Source: a virus
Lineage: Duplodnaviria; Caudoviricetes
Strand: one strand, 5' to 3'
IMG/VR virus record: IMGVR_UViG_3300037045_000324
Span: 1 to 37,273 of that record
Length of the DNA stretch: 37,273 bases
The notes under the pieces are model-generated. The model worked only from the letters and a program-made list of their open reading frames with translations, ran no database searches and was not told the DNA's origin. The translations under genes were made by a program, and so were the position numbers. Shown here in pieces: positions 17,282-26,329 of the stretch. Position 1 is the stretch's first letter; each line of letters opens with the position of its first letter.

Positions 17282-18776
17282 TGTTACCACCACCTGTGTC
17301 ATCCTTCTTCAATTGGTCAGGGGGGAAAGCTTTGCTGTATTCATCAACTTCTTTTTGAGTTTCTTCAGCAAGTCTTTTTTCTTCTTCATCCACATCCGTG
17401 ACCCAAGGATGTTCTGCCAGCATAGTCTTTTTAGATATGACCCCAACTGATTTTGAACAATTATCAATTGATTCAGTTTCATTAATTAGAATGTCACGGT
17501 TAAATGTGATTGTGACCTTTTCCTTTTCGAAGTCACCCAAATTACTATTGGCAAAATGAACATTGATGAACCAAAGCAGTTCTTCAAAGCTTGCCTGATA
17601 TTCCGTTTCCATTCCGTTTGCATCAAGGTCAATGTCAGAATACATTGATTGAATGTTCATCTGGTTGGGATTCCCACTCATGCGGTCATCCTTGGCATCA
17701 TAACCCCTTGCATTCTCAATCAAAGCTTTCTTGAACAGTTCCAAAATAGCTTTGTAATTGTCAGCATTAACTTCTACTGTCAGTGTATCAACTTCACCGG
17801 CTGCACCATCCACGGTTCTGACTTTGACAGCACCATATGTTGCAAGGTTCCTTCTGAATTCACCAAGGTTGGTTCCATCGTAATTCTTCAGAACAATAAT
17901 GGTGTTTCTTGCATCTTCCTGCATATTGTTCTCAAAATCTGACAGCATCAAATTTATACCATCCTGAAGCGACTTGACCCTTTTAATCAGGGGAATTTCC
18001 TTTGAATTATATTTGAATGCAATCAATGGAACCTTTGACCAATTCCATTTGCTTGTTTCACCTTCACCATCAGTGGCAACAATGTATGATCTTGCTTGAT
18101 TGTCAGGGTCAATCACCAACTGATTATTCCTCAACTCATAGCAGGTGATACCATCGGTGTCATAAACTTCAACCTTTTCAATGATTGATTCTTTGGTTCC
18201 ATCATATGATTCAACTTCATAAATCCTTATAGCAAATTCAAGAATGGTGTGTTCTGCATCATTCCAGAATGGAAGTATTTCATATGGTTCAAACTTTTTG
18301 AAAGTGAATTCACCCTGTTCATTATAATAAGGATGTAGCCAAGCAATCCCATTATTTAGTGAATCTTCACCCAAATTCTTAAATGTTCTTAGAAACCGAT
18401 TGTTGAACATTTCTTGCAGAAGGCCGGTGTATTGCTTATTTTTACTTTCAAAGGTCAGTGGTTTGGCAAGTAAATAATTCACCTTCTGGTCAACCATCTT
18501 TGCATATTGATTATCAATGATGCGATTGTTGGGCAGGTTTTCAACCACTTGAAGCAATCCATCTTCACCTATGATGGTTCTTTTCCGATTCAGAATATCA
18601 TGGTCATTGTTATAATATCTTTCACCGTCAATCATCAGCTTCCGCTTGAATGACTTTTTGAACTTAGCAATTTCTCTTTCTAACACCTGTTTATCAGTCA
18701 TACTTGTTGCAGCACCTTGGCGAACAATAGCATTCAACCTGCTTGTTTCACTGCCAAAAGGGAATATATTAAACAT
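17265..18776 (-). CDS. Portal protein, SPP1 gp6 family
   Basis: VDQKVNYLL.KP, W.KVPLI.F, acidic C-terminus; follows terL. Confidence 0.92.
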   Translation of the reverse strand: MFNIFPFGSETSRLNAIVRQGAATSMTDKQVLEREIAKFKKSFKRKLMIDGERYYNNDHDILNRKRTIIGEDGLLQVVENLPNNRIIDNQYAKMVDQKVNYLLAKPLTFESKNKQYTGLLQEMFNNRFLRTFKNLGEDSLNNGIAWLHPYYNEQGEFTFKKFEPYEILPFWNDAEHTILEFAIRIYEVESYDGTKESIIEKVEVYDTDGITCYELRNNQLVIDPDNQARSYIVATDGEGETSKWNWSKVPLIAFKYNSKEIPLIKRVKSLQDGINLMLSDFENNMQEDARNTIIVLKNYDGTNLGEFRRNLATYGAVKVRTVDGAAGEVDTLTVEVNADNYKAILELFKKALIENARGYDAKDDRMSGNPNQMNIQSMYSDIDLDANGMETEYQASFEELLWFINVHFANSNLGDFEKEKVTITFNRDILINETESIDNCSKSVGVISKKTMLAEHPWVTDVDEEEKRLAEETQKEVDEYSKAFPPDQLKKDDTGGGNNANLK

Positions 18777-18788
18777 TCTTATCACCCC

Positions 18789-20195
18789 TTAATCAAAACT
18801 AAATGTTCCACCTTGACCTATCTTTTCAGCAATGCCGGTTGTACAATCAGGTGCATCATCATGTGCATTTTTACCTTCTTTTTGATATTTGGTCATTGCA
18901 ATATAATATTCAGGGAACCGGTCTGCCCAATTGACCGGAAAGTATATATGATTCATAACCCATGTACTGTTGCTTAATATTCGGGCATTCTTGTTCTTGG
19001 ATTGATGGAAAGGGTTGATTTGGGTGTGATTGCTGTGATGAACTTCTTTCAAAATCCGTTCAACTGACCTTCCAAAACCCCTGCCCCCGTTATTACTTTC
19101 AATATCAGCAATATCCACTTTATCCTTCAGCAGCATCCTTGCCGTTGCCGGTTCAGTAATTTCCATTGCTTCTTTGGTGTAAAGCACATCCAAAACATAA
19201 GCTTCACCTTGATATTCACCATAATCAATTGAACAAAGGTAATCATTCCCGGTGTCAGCAGTGTCCGTGTAGTTCTTAATCGATGTAAATAAAAGGTTGC
19301 CTTTTTCATCCATTGGCAACTTCTTATAAGTTTTGAATGATGAATACAACCTGCCCTTAATATCAATAGGCTCTTGTTGATAGTTGGCACTGGCTATTTC
19401 AACCCCCATGGCCTTGGACTTCATTTCGTATGACTTCCGGGATAGTATTTCACTACAAAGCATTGAGCCGTCATTCTGAACGGCTTTCATCACTATGTTC
19501 CTGGTTTTTATGCCCACTTTAGTGAAGTAATCCAATGCTCTGCCAGCTAAATCCTCAGTGGCCCAGCGTGTCATGACGATAATAATTTTGCCGCCCTCTT
19601 CTAACCTAGATAGCATTGTATTAGTGAACCAGTCCCAGTGTCTTTCTAATACTTCAGCATTGTAGGCTTCTAGTGCACTTTTAATTAGATCGTCTAAAAT
19701 CAACAATGTACAACCAAAGCCGGTCGCTGTCCCAGTGGGACTCGTTGCAAGGTAATTGTTATACCCGTCTTCCAGGCTCCAGAGGTTCATAGCCCCATCG
19801 CCTTTTTTTATGCCTACCCCTGGGAATATGTCAGCGTATATCGGCTTATAAATATCTGCTTTCTCTTCCTGGATACTGTTTCTCACATTTTTAGAGAACA
19901 TTGTCGAAAGAATCTCATTATAGCTACCCAGCATGATTTTTTCCTGGCTATTCCCACCCAATACCCATTCAACAAATAGCCCGGCTGTTCTTGATTTACC
20001 GTGCCGGGGAGGAATGGATACAATTAAGACCTCATCATCGCCCTCATAGAAAGCTTGGAATTCATAGCAAAGATCAACTAGGTACTGCCTTTCAGGTTTA
20101 TAAAAATTAGGGGCCTTTAGATTGCAATAAAAAAAGAACTCGCGCTTTGCAAGTTCACAACGGAGGTTCAACTGGTGTAGTTTTTTATCAATCAC
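18789..20195 (-). CDS. terL: Terminase large subunit
   Basis: PPRHGKS Walker A, LILDD Walker B, MTRW, YQQEP, nuclease DTA..G.D and HDDAPD. Confidence 0.95.
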   Translation of the reverse strand: MIDKKLHQLNLRCELAKREFFFYCNLKAPNFYKPERQYLVDLCYEFQAFYEGDDEVLIVSIPPRHGKSRTAGLFVEWVLGGNSQEKIMLGSYNEILSTMFSKNVRNSIQEEKADIYKPIYADIFPGVGIKKGDGAMNLWSLEDGYNNYLATSPTGTATGFGCTLLILDDLIKSALEAYNAEVLERHWDWFTNTMLSRLEEGGKIIIVMTRWATEDLAGRALDYFTKVGIKTRNIVMKAVQNDGSMLCSEILSRKSYEMKSKAMGVEIASANYQQEPIDIKGRLYSSFKTYKKLPMDEKGNLLFTSIKNYTDTADTGNDYLCSIDYGEYQGEAYVLDVLYTKEAMEITEPATARMLLKDKVDIADIESNNGGRGFGRSVERILKEVHHSNHTQINPFHQSKNKNARILSNSTWVMNHIYFPVNWADRFPEYYIAMTKYQKEGKNAHDDAPDCTTGIAEKIGQGGTFSFD

Positions 20196-20727
20196 TGCTT
20201 ATCAGCTTCTTCAATTCCTCAGTTGTCAGCCCCTGGTAGGGGTTATCAATTCTACTCTTAATTTCAATCTTATCATTAAACATGCCCATGTGACGAGCAA
20301 TGCTATCCAGAGCCCCTTTCTTGTCGCCCAGTTTATACTTTTTGAGATAACCAACAAATCGCCGATCATCCCCCCGGCCTTCCCATATCTCCATGACTTC
20401 GAGGCCGGCTAATACCGCGGCCGTATCATCATCTAACTCAGTAATAACCTTAGGACTTCCATCGTCATTAAACAGCTTCCTGGGATCGAAGAAACCTAAC
20501 CTTGCATACTCTTTTAATACCCGATCCTGCGTGATTTCAGTACGTTCTGATCGATGACTCATAGCTTTGTCAATCTCAGCTTGAATCTTAGGTTTTCTTA
20601 GGTTTTCAAATCCAATCACTTCAGCTGTCTTAGCACTATACCCTGCTCGAATCGCAGCTTGAGTAGCATTAAGATCTACCAGATATTCAGCTATGAATCT
20701 TTGCTGTTTTGCTGTTAATTTTGCCAC
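20188..20727 (-). CDS. terS: Terminase small subunit
   Basis: LTAKQQRF..EYL.DLNATQAAIRAGYS; GTG start with GGAGG SD. Confidence 0.93.
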   Translation of the reverse strand: MAKLTAKQQRFIAEYLVDLNATQAAIRAGYSAKTAEVIGFENLRKPKIQAEIDKAMSHRSERTEITQDRVLKEYARLGFFDPRKLFNDDGSPKVITELDDDTAAVLAGLEVMEIWEGRGDDRRFVGYLKKYKLGDKKGALDSIARHMGMFNDKIEIKSRIDNPYQGLTTEELKKLISSD

Positions 20728-20761
20728 TCTTACCACCTCCTAAGGGAAAAATAAAAGCCCA

Positions 20762-20815
20762 ACATTGCCGCCAGGCCTTAGACTTATAAAACGGTTTGGG
20801 CCATTCCTTAGCCAT
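20762..20815 (-). pseudogene. 5' relic of a phage HNH endonuclease gene
   Basis: ATG 20815 gives MAKEWPKPFYKSKAWRQC, resembling the FY.S..W...R N-terminus of packaging-associated HNH proteins; no CxxC/HNH follows. Confidence 0.6.
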
Positions 20816-20822
20816 CAGATCC

Positions 20823-20924
20823 TTACCACTTCTGAAAATACTTTGCTATCCTTTTGTCGGGACTTATTATTTCAACCTTAATCCCATTCTGAACAATACA
20901 TTTAGTCCAAAGTATCTTGTACAT
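20823..20924 (-). CDS. Small hypothetical protein (33 aa)
   Basis: GGAGGT SD before ATG 20924; MYKILWTKC...FQKW. Confidence 0.45.
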   Translation of the reverse strand: MYKILWTKCIVQNGIKVEIISPDKRIAKYFQKW

Positions 20925-20940
20925 GTTTACCTCCAAATAG

Positions 20941-20978
20941 AAAAGAGCCCCTGCGTGATATTTCCGCAAAGGCTCTTT
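20941..20978 (-). terminator. Terminator-like hairpin just downstream of the putative late promoter
   Basis: AAAGAGCCTTTGCG-loop-CGCAGGGGCTCTTTT then CTATTT on minus strand. Confidence 0.65.
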
Positions 20979-20998
20979 AAATATTATTTGTATTTTAG

Positions 20999-21032
20999 AT
21001 GATATCACAGATCAAATGTGACATTCTATGAC
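20999..21032 (-). promoter_or_regulatory. Putative activator-dependent late promoter
   Basis: Extended -10 TGaTATCAT (20999-21007), no -35; direct repeats GTCATA/GTCACA 10 bp apart (21017-21032) at the activator gene end. Confidence 0.55.
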
Positions 21033-21479
21033 CTCTTTTATTTTTATACCTGATAATGCCGTGCTATGAAGTCTATGCGTGTGTCTCCAACTATAATTCA
21101 TTCCTGCTGCTATCCATTCAAAGGTTCTTCCGTCTAAATAACGATACTGCAATAATAATCTTTCACGATCATCTTCTACCGCCTCAATTACCTGCCCTAT
21201 CTCCCGCCTAACATCAACCAGTCTATCTACATCGTTGTTAACTTCCTGCTCGAGGTCTACGATCTTAGCAATAATATCTTCTGCCTTACCGTATATGCTG
21301 CCGCCACCTTTTAGCTCAGAAGTATAAACACTTGTTACCTTACCCAGCATTCCCCGCCAGCGAGATATCTCCTTAAGTTTGCGGTCTATTTCTCGGTCGA
21401 GAATAATAAAGCGTTTTAAATATCTTATTTTATCCTGGTTGGTGATCTCAACGGCCTCTAAAACTGCTGTATCTTGCAT
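21012..21479 (-). CDS. Late transcriptional activator, ArpU/RinA/DUF1492-like
   Basis: C-terminal sigma4-like HTH LL.YRYL.G.TFE.IA..MNYS.R...RLH..AL; immediately upstream of packaging genes. Confidence 0.85.
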   Translation of the reverse strand: MQDTAVLEAVEITNQDKIRYLKRFIILDREIDRKLKEISRWRGMLGKVTSVYTSELKGGGSIYGKAEDIIAKIVDLEQEVNNDVDRLVDVRREIGQVIEAVEDDRERLLLQYRYLDGRTFEWIAAGMNYSWRHTHRLHSTALSGIKIKEVIECHI

Positions 21480-21480
21480 A

Positions 21481-21747
21481 TTATACTTCCTCCTTCAGGT
21501 ACCCCTTATCCTTCAGTTTCTGGTTATGTTCATTTACCAACCGTTTTATATTGATGCCGTATTCATCGGCTACCATGTTAATTCTGGTCCACATAGTTTC
21601 CATGACATCTAGGCTTTCTTTTATTTCCTCTACCGGGTTGTCCTCAATGATGGCTTTTACTACCTCGCCAAGTTCTTCACCGATCTTCAACCACTGACTA
21701 GCCTTGTCCCAGCCTAGTCTTTTGTAATCTACGGTTATACCGTTCAT
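21481..21747 (-). CDS. MazG-like nucleotide pyrophosphohydrolase fold protein
   Basis: KIGEELGEV...EESLDV acidic motif pair. Confidence 0.6.
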   Translation of the reverse strand: MNGITVDYKRLGWDKASQWLKIGEELGEVVKAIIEDNPVEEIKESLDVMETMWTRINMVADEYGINIKRLVNEHNQKLKDKGYLKEEV

Positions 21748-23123
21748 GCTGCTCCCTCCTTCACTTTTTCGATCCGTGCTTTTAACGACTCCAGCAAGCT
21801 TGCCTGTGTAGCGTCCTTATCTCCCAAGGCAGCCATGACATCTTCATCGCGCCCGCCCTCAACAAGCAGATGGTGAATTATGACTTTCTGCTTCTGGCCT
21901 TGACGATGTAACCGCTTATTGGCTTGCTGATATAACTCTAATGACCAGTTCAGACTAAACCAAATAACTTGATTGCCTCCGTCTTGGAGGTTCAGCCCGT
22001 ATGCTGCACTGGCTGGATGGGCTAGCAGGATATCTATTTTTCTAGCATTCCAATCATCCTCATCCTGCGGTGTCTTTAGTTCTCGAACTCTTAATCCGCT
22101 ACCAGCTAAGGCTTTTTTGATTCTGGCCAAATCATGTTTGAAGTTGTAAAAGACTATAGCTGGTTGTCCGCTCAAACCCTCCACCAGCTCCATAAAAGCT
22201 TCGATCTTACAACTATGGATCTCAACCACATCTCGGTTAGTGTCATAAATAGCGCCGTTGCAAAGCTGTAGCAATTTGTTAGTTAATACCGCCGCTGAAC
22301 CCGCGTCTATAACTGAATCATCAATTTCCAGCAACATTTCTTTCTCCAGCTTTTTATAAGCCGCTTTTGCTTTTGCATCTAAAATGACCGGCACCGGTAC
22401 TGAGATACATTCTGGCAGCTCCAGATAATCCTCCGCTGACATGCTTATGCAGATATCCCCGATAAGCTGCTGTATAGCTTCTTCTCCTCCAGGTTTAGGC
22501 GCATAGCTGAAAATATGCTCTCGGTCTCGCTGATCCGCTTCAAAATATCTGTCCCTGAAATGGGTTATCTTTTTCCCTAGCCTTTTGCCCTGGTCCAGCA
22601 AGTACACCTGTGACCATAAGTCTATTAAGCCGTTTGGCGCCGGTGTCCCGGTCAAAATCACCATACGTTTGATGTGATTACGTACCCAGGATAAAGACTT
22701 AAACCTCTTCGCCTTATGGCTTTTAAAACTGCTGGACTCGTCCACTACTACCATGTCAAAAGGCCAATCATTCCTGTAATACTCAACTAGCCAGGGAACA
22801 TTCTCGCGATTAATCACCCAGATATCCCCTGGGGAGTTCAAGGCTTTGATCCGCTTAGTCTGAGTACCCAGCACGGATACAATTCTGAGTAAATGCAAAT
22901 GATCCCACTTTGATGCTTCTTTATTCCAGGTTGATTCCGCTACCTTTTTCGGCGCTATGACTAATACTTTTGACACTTGAAAGCGATTATATTTAAGGTC
23001 ATTTACCGCTGTTAGGGTTGTAGAAGTTTTTCCGAGTCCCATGTCAAGAAAAAGGCCCAGTGCTTCATCGCTTATTAGTCTGTTTATGCAATATTTTTGA
23101 TACGCAAATGGTTCATACTTCAT
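21744..23123 (-). CDS. SNF2-family helicase
   Basis: DMGLGKT, VVDESS, LTGTP, GLNLQ, QANKRLHRQGQ. Confidence 0.95.
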   Translation of the reverse strand: MKYEPFAYQKYCINRLISDEALGLFLDMGLGKTSTTLTAVNDLKYNRFQVSKVLVIAPKKVAESTWNKEASKWDHLHLLRIVSVLGTQTKRIKALNSPGDIWVINRENVPWLVEYYRNDWPFDMVVVDESSSFKSHKAKRFKSLSWVRNHIKRMVILTGTPAPNGLIDLWSQVYLLDQGKRLGKKITHFRDRYFEADQRDREHIFSYAPKPGGEEAIQQLIGDICISMSAEDYLELPECISVPVPVILDAKAKAAYKKLEKEMLLEIDDSVIDAGSAAVLTNKLLQLCNGAIYDTNRDVVEIHSCKIEAFMELVEGLSGQPAIVFYNFKHDLARIKKALAGSGLRVRELKTPQDEDDWNARKIDILLAHPASAAYGLNLQDGGNQVIWFSLNWSLELYQQANKRLHRQGQKQKVIIHHLLVEGGRDEDVMAALGDKDATQASLLESLKARIEKVKEGAA

Positions 23124-23440
23124 CCCTTAATCATCCCTTTGATAAATTCATCTACTCCCGCTTTATGATCTATTAAGAAAACTTGAAAACCTAAACCAGT
23201 CATAATTTTATGTTGGTAGCTTTGCTGGCCTGATGGCTTTTCGCCCGTAGCTTTCAGTTCTACTAAAAACATCCTGCCATTTGGCATGAATATAATTCTG
23301 TCTGGCACTCCATTATTTCCGGGTGAAACAAACTTGTAAGCTTTGCCTCCCTGCTTTTTGACCTCGTCTCTCAAATATTCCTCCACGGATTTTTCACTTT
23401 CTCTTTTACCACCTTTTTTTCTTAGCTCAATTACTGCCAT
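23120..23440 (-). CDS. VRR-NUC nuclease
   Basis: KFVSPG..GVPDRI, VELKA.G; start moved to ATG 23440. Confidence 0.9.
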   Translation of the reverse strand: MAVIELRKKGGKRESEKSVEEYLRDEVKKQGGKAYKFVSPGNNGVPDRIIFMPNGRMFLVELKATGEKPSGQQSYQHKIMTGLGFQVFLIDHKAGVDEFIKGMIKG

Positions 23441-23651
23441 TTGCAACTCTCCCCCGTTCTGACAGCTTGTGGTCGCAAGCGCCGCATAAGAAGAAATCAG
23501 ATTGTTTGTTGTAAAAAACTCCGTCTGTAATTCCGCAACCCTTACATTTGATTTCTTTATCTTCACATCTTGTCTTGCAGGAACTACAAGCTGTATACTG
23601 GTCATCCTCGTGTAAATATTTAGGGTGCTTTTTAATACAAAGTGCTTTCAT
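23427..23651 (-). CDS. Small Cys-rich, probable zinc-binding protein (74 aa)
   Basis: CSSC, CKGC and CGAC pairs; ATG 23651 with AGAGAGG SD. Confidence 0.6.
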   Translation of the reverse strand: MKALCIKKHPKYLHEDDQYTACSSCKTRCEDKEIKCKGCGITDGVFYNKQSDFFLCGACDHKLSERGRVANGSN

Positions 23652-23652
23652 C

Positions 23653-23942
23653 GTTAACCTCTCTTTGTCAACTTGTCTACATAATCGCACTACGTATACT
23701 TATATATATTATTTAGGTATATTAGGCGTATTAGGCTATGTGTAATATGCCTAATTTCTTTATTTATTTATATCTTTTATATTAATGTTGACAATGTAGA
23801 CAAACACACTATAAATAAGGAATATTGGTATTTTGGCGGTCAACATTCTGCCTGTTTTTTTGTTGCGCTGTTGTTGCTATTGTTGACATTGGCATTATTT
23901 AGAATGTTGACAAATTTGGCCTCTGCAAGCTGAATGTTGACA
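23653..23942. other. Putative replication origin: AT-rich core flanked by inverted TGT(T/A)GACA iterons
   Basis: TGTCAAC 23666 and TGTCTACA 23674 face TGTTGACA 23786 and TGTAGACA 23795; more copies near 23839, 23881, 23905, 23935. Confidence 0.65.
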
Positions 23943-26329
23943 CTTTTTCTAAAGCCTCTCTGCCTGCCATAAACGTCCCCAAAACGAATAAGGCTCACTC
24001 GTTCCCATCCATGAAGTGCCTGCAAAGCGGCATTAATTCTATTCGAATCTGCTTTCGTCATAAGCCTGCGTTCACATAAACATTCTTTCCATATTTCCAA
24101 AGTGCATATTTTGTTCCTTTGCGTTACTTTCGTTACGCCAGTGACCCCGCCTCCCCAATACATAAAGCGGCGATCCAGTGACCAAGATTCCCAGTCCTCA
24201 GGTATAGGCTTATTTATGAATTCTTCAATTTGTCCCTGCAATGGATCACGATCAACATGAAGATTACGTCTCGTTTCCGCTTCCTCTTCAAGTTCTTTTG
24301 AAAGATATAACGCTTCTCCCAGTTGCCAGCGTAACACTGCCTCCGCCCATATCTGATCTATTTCAAATTGGGTTAAGTCATCAGGAACATATTTAGCTGG
24401 CTTTTGGAACTCTGCTTCAATCGGCCAGAATCGCCGGTTACCGGTCGGATCACTTAAGTAGTCCTGATCGTTTGTCGTTCCGAAAAAGACGCATTTCCGT
24501 GGATGCTCTTCCGTTTTACGCCCGTAAGCCGCCCTGTAATGGTCAACCTGCTTGCTTAAGAACTGTTTAATAGTTTTAATATCAGATTTACCATAAGCCG
24601 CTAATTCTGCGATCTCTAGCATCCAAATGCCCTGCAACATTTCGGATGCTTCTTTGCCTTCAAATGTTCGCAAACTATCAGAGAACCATTTGCCGCCCAG
24701 TCTTGCAAGCAGGGTACTTTTGTAAATACCCTGCCTGCCGTTGATTACAGTCATATTGTCAAATTTACAGCCCGGCTCCATGATCCGTGCAACAGCCGCA
24801 ACCATACCTTTTCTAGTTACTGCGCGGGTATACTGGCAGTCTTCAGCTCCCATATAATCGATAAAAACAGTATCCAACCGAGGTATGCCGTCCCATTGAT
24901 CCCTGAATAAATAATCCTTAATCGGATTAAAGCCGTAAGATGCAGCATGATTGTACAGAGCATCTTCAATAATTCTTTCGGATCTAAAACCAAGTAAGGC
25001 CTCGATATATTCTCTAAGGTTTCTATCATCGTCGTCTGTCCAGGCGTAGTCCCCTTGTTCATTTTTTCTCCAGGGCAAGGGCGCTGTTCCTATGATCCGA
25101 TCTGCAAAGGTATCTTTTCTTATCCGACCCTTCAAAAGCGGGTCATTTTCAAGAACTACTCGTACATTAGCAGTAGTTTTTAAAGGCGCCCCGGTCGTAC
25201 TGCTTACCTTTAGCTTACTGATCCAATTAGCATTATCATCGGGTAGTTGCCCGAAGTCGTTTGTAGCCTTCTCATATCGTTCCTGGTTAAGTAGCGCGGC
25301 CACTGGAGTATCTGCCACTGCCAACGCACACATAGCGGTGTAAGAAGGTAGTTTGTTGGTAGGTGTACCTGGCTGAGCGGCATCGTCCCGATCGGCAAAC
25401 TTATGCAGCCGTACCAGGTCGAAAGCGTTCACCAATCTGCCCCCTGCGGGGTCAGTTGCATGGTGACTGTACAGGAATTGACCGTTATCGTACAAGATAG
25501 CCCCGCCGGTAGTTGATCCGCCAGTGAAAGTGTACCGCCCTGTATTGTCATCGCAGGGTGTATACTCTCCCGGCAGGAAGGTCTCCATGGCCTGATAGAT
25601 ATCATAGGTTTTGCAGAATGCGCCAACTATGCCATTCTTAGCTGTTGGATCTCCCTGCTTTTCGGCCAGCTTGATCGTCTTTTGTTGTACCCCTGGTACC
25701 TCAGGCCACTCTGCTACATTACGCCAGTCCTGGTACATTCCCAGTATCCCGTCTATGCTAAGGAAGGGTTTGTCTCCATACTGGTATACATATTGACTAT
25801 CAGAGCAACAACTAGGCCAGTACATCAGTCTGGAAGCTTCAAAGGTAGTAGGGTCGCATAGTTCTATCCCGATCAGCTGGGCTAGTTTTCTCGCTCCCGG
25901 CTCATACTCGTCCACTGTGGTAGTTCTATCCGTTGGTATCAGTACCCGTAGCCGGGGTTTGGCCTCCTCATGCTTACGAGTAGAGTAGACCGCATAAGCA
26001 CAGCTCAGACCATCTAGGCGGCACAGTATATCTGCAGTCTGCCCCGGCTGTATGTTATCCAGATCCAGGGTTATAACATCTCGCCCGGTAACATTATTAG
26101 CCTTGCGCCTATTCCCCTCCAGGGGACCGCAGACATACCCGCCCACGTCCTTTAGATCATCCTGTTTGCTCTTAGGCAGCCGCAGGTATTCCGCCAGGCT
26201 CTCAGTACCTCGGGCTGGGGTTTTAAGACGATCCCACAGCTCGGACACATAAAGCGTTTGAGTGGGCCACTGGGTAGCCTTACGACTCCCAGCGGCGCTG
26301 ATTTTAATTTGTCTGTCATTTATAAGCAT
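23840..26329 (-). CDS. Primase-helicase with VirE/VapE-type ATPase
   Basis: LDLD and YSTRKH..PRLR primase-polymerase-like N-terminus; G.QGIYKST, FGTTN, DPTGNRRFWP. Confidence 0.92.
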   Translation of the reverse strand: MLINDRQIKISAAGSRKATQWPTQTLYVSELWDRLKTPARGTESLAEYLRLPKSKQDDLKDVGGYVCGPLEGNRRKANNVTGRDVITLDLDNIQPGQTADILCRLDGLSCAYAVYSTRKHEEAKPRLRVLIPTDRTTTVDEYEPGARKLAQLIGIELCDPTTFEASRLMYWPSCCSDSQYVYQYGDKPFLSIDGILGMYQDWRNVAEWPEVPGVQQKTIKLAEKQGDPTAKNGIVGAFCKTYDIYQAMETFLPGEYTPCDDNTGRYTFTGGSTTGGAILYDNGQFLYSHHATDPAGGRLVNAFDLVRLHKFADRDDAAQPGTPTNKLPSYTAMCALAVADTPVAALLNQERYEKATNDFGQLPDDNANWISKLKVSSTTGAPLKTTANVRVVLENDPLLKGRIRKDTFADRIIGTAPLPWRKNEQGDYAWTDDDDRNLREYIEALLGFRSERIIEDALYNHAASYGFNPIKDYLFRDQWDGIPRLDTVFIDYMGAEDCQYTRAVTRKGMVAAVARIMEPGCKFDNMTVINGRQGIYKSTLLARLGGKWFSDSLRTFEGKEASEMLQGIWMLEIAELAAYGKSDIKTIKQFLSKQVDHYRAAYGRKTEEHPRKCVFFGTTNDQDYLSDPTGNRRFWPIEAEFQKPAKYVPDDLTQFEIDQIWAEAVLRWQLGEALYLSKELEEEAETRRNLHVDRDPLQGQIEEFINKPIPEDWESWSLDRRFMYWGGGVTGVTKVTQRNKICTLEIWKECLCERRLMTKADSNRINAALQALHGWERVSLIRFGDVYGRQRGFRKSVNIQLAEAKFVNILNNANVNNSNNSATKKQAEC

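Noticed and set aside
2290-19370. Stop-codon reassignment as the cause of TAG scarcity
   Set aside because: Genes are full length under the standard code, TAG ends genes at 1-3 and 979-981, and the depletion also covers GAG, TCG, GCG and complements
20740-21010. tRNA gene between late activator and terS
   Set aside because: No cloverleaf or T-loop GTTCRA pattern found; explained by a terminator, a small ORF and the HNH stub
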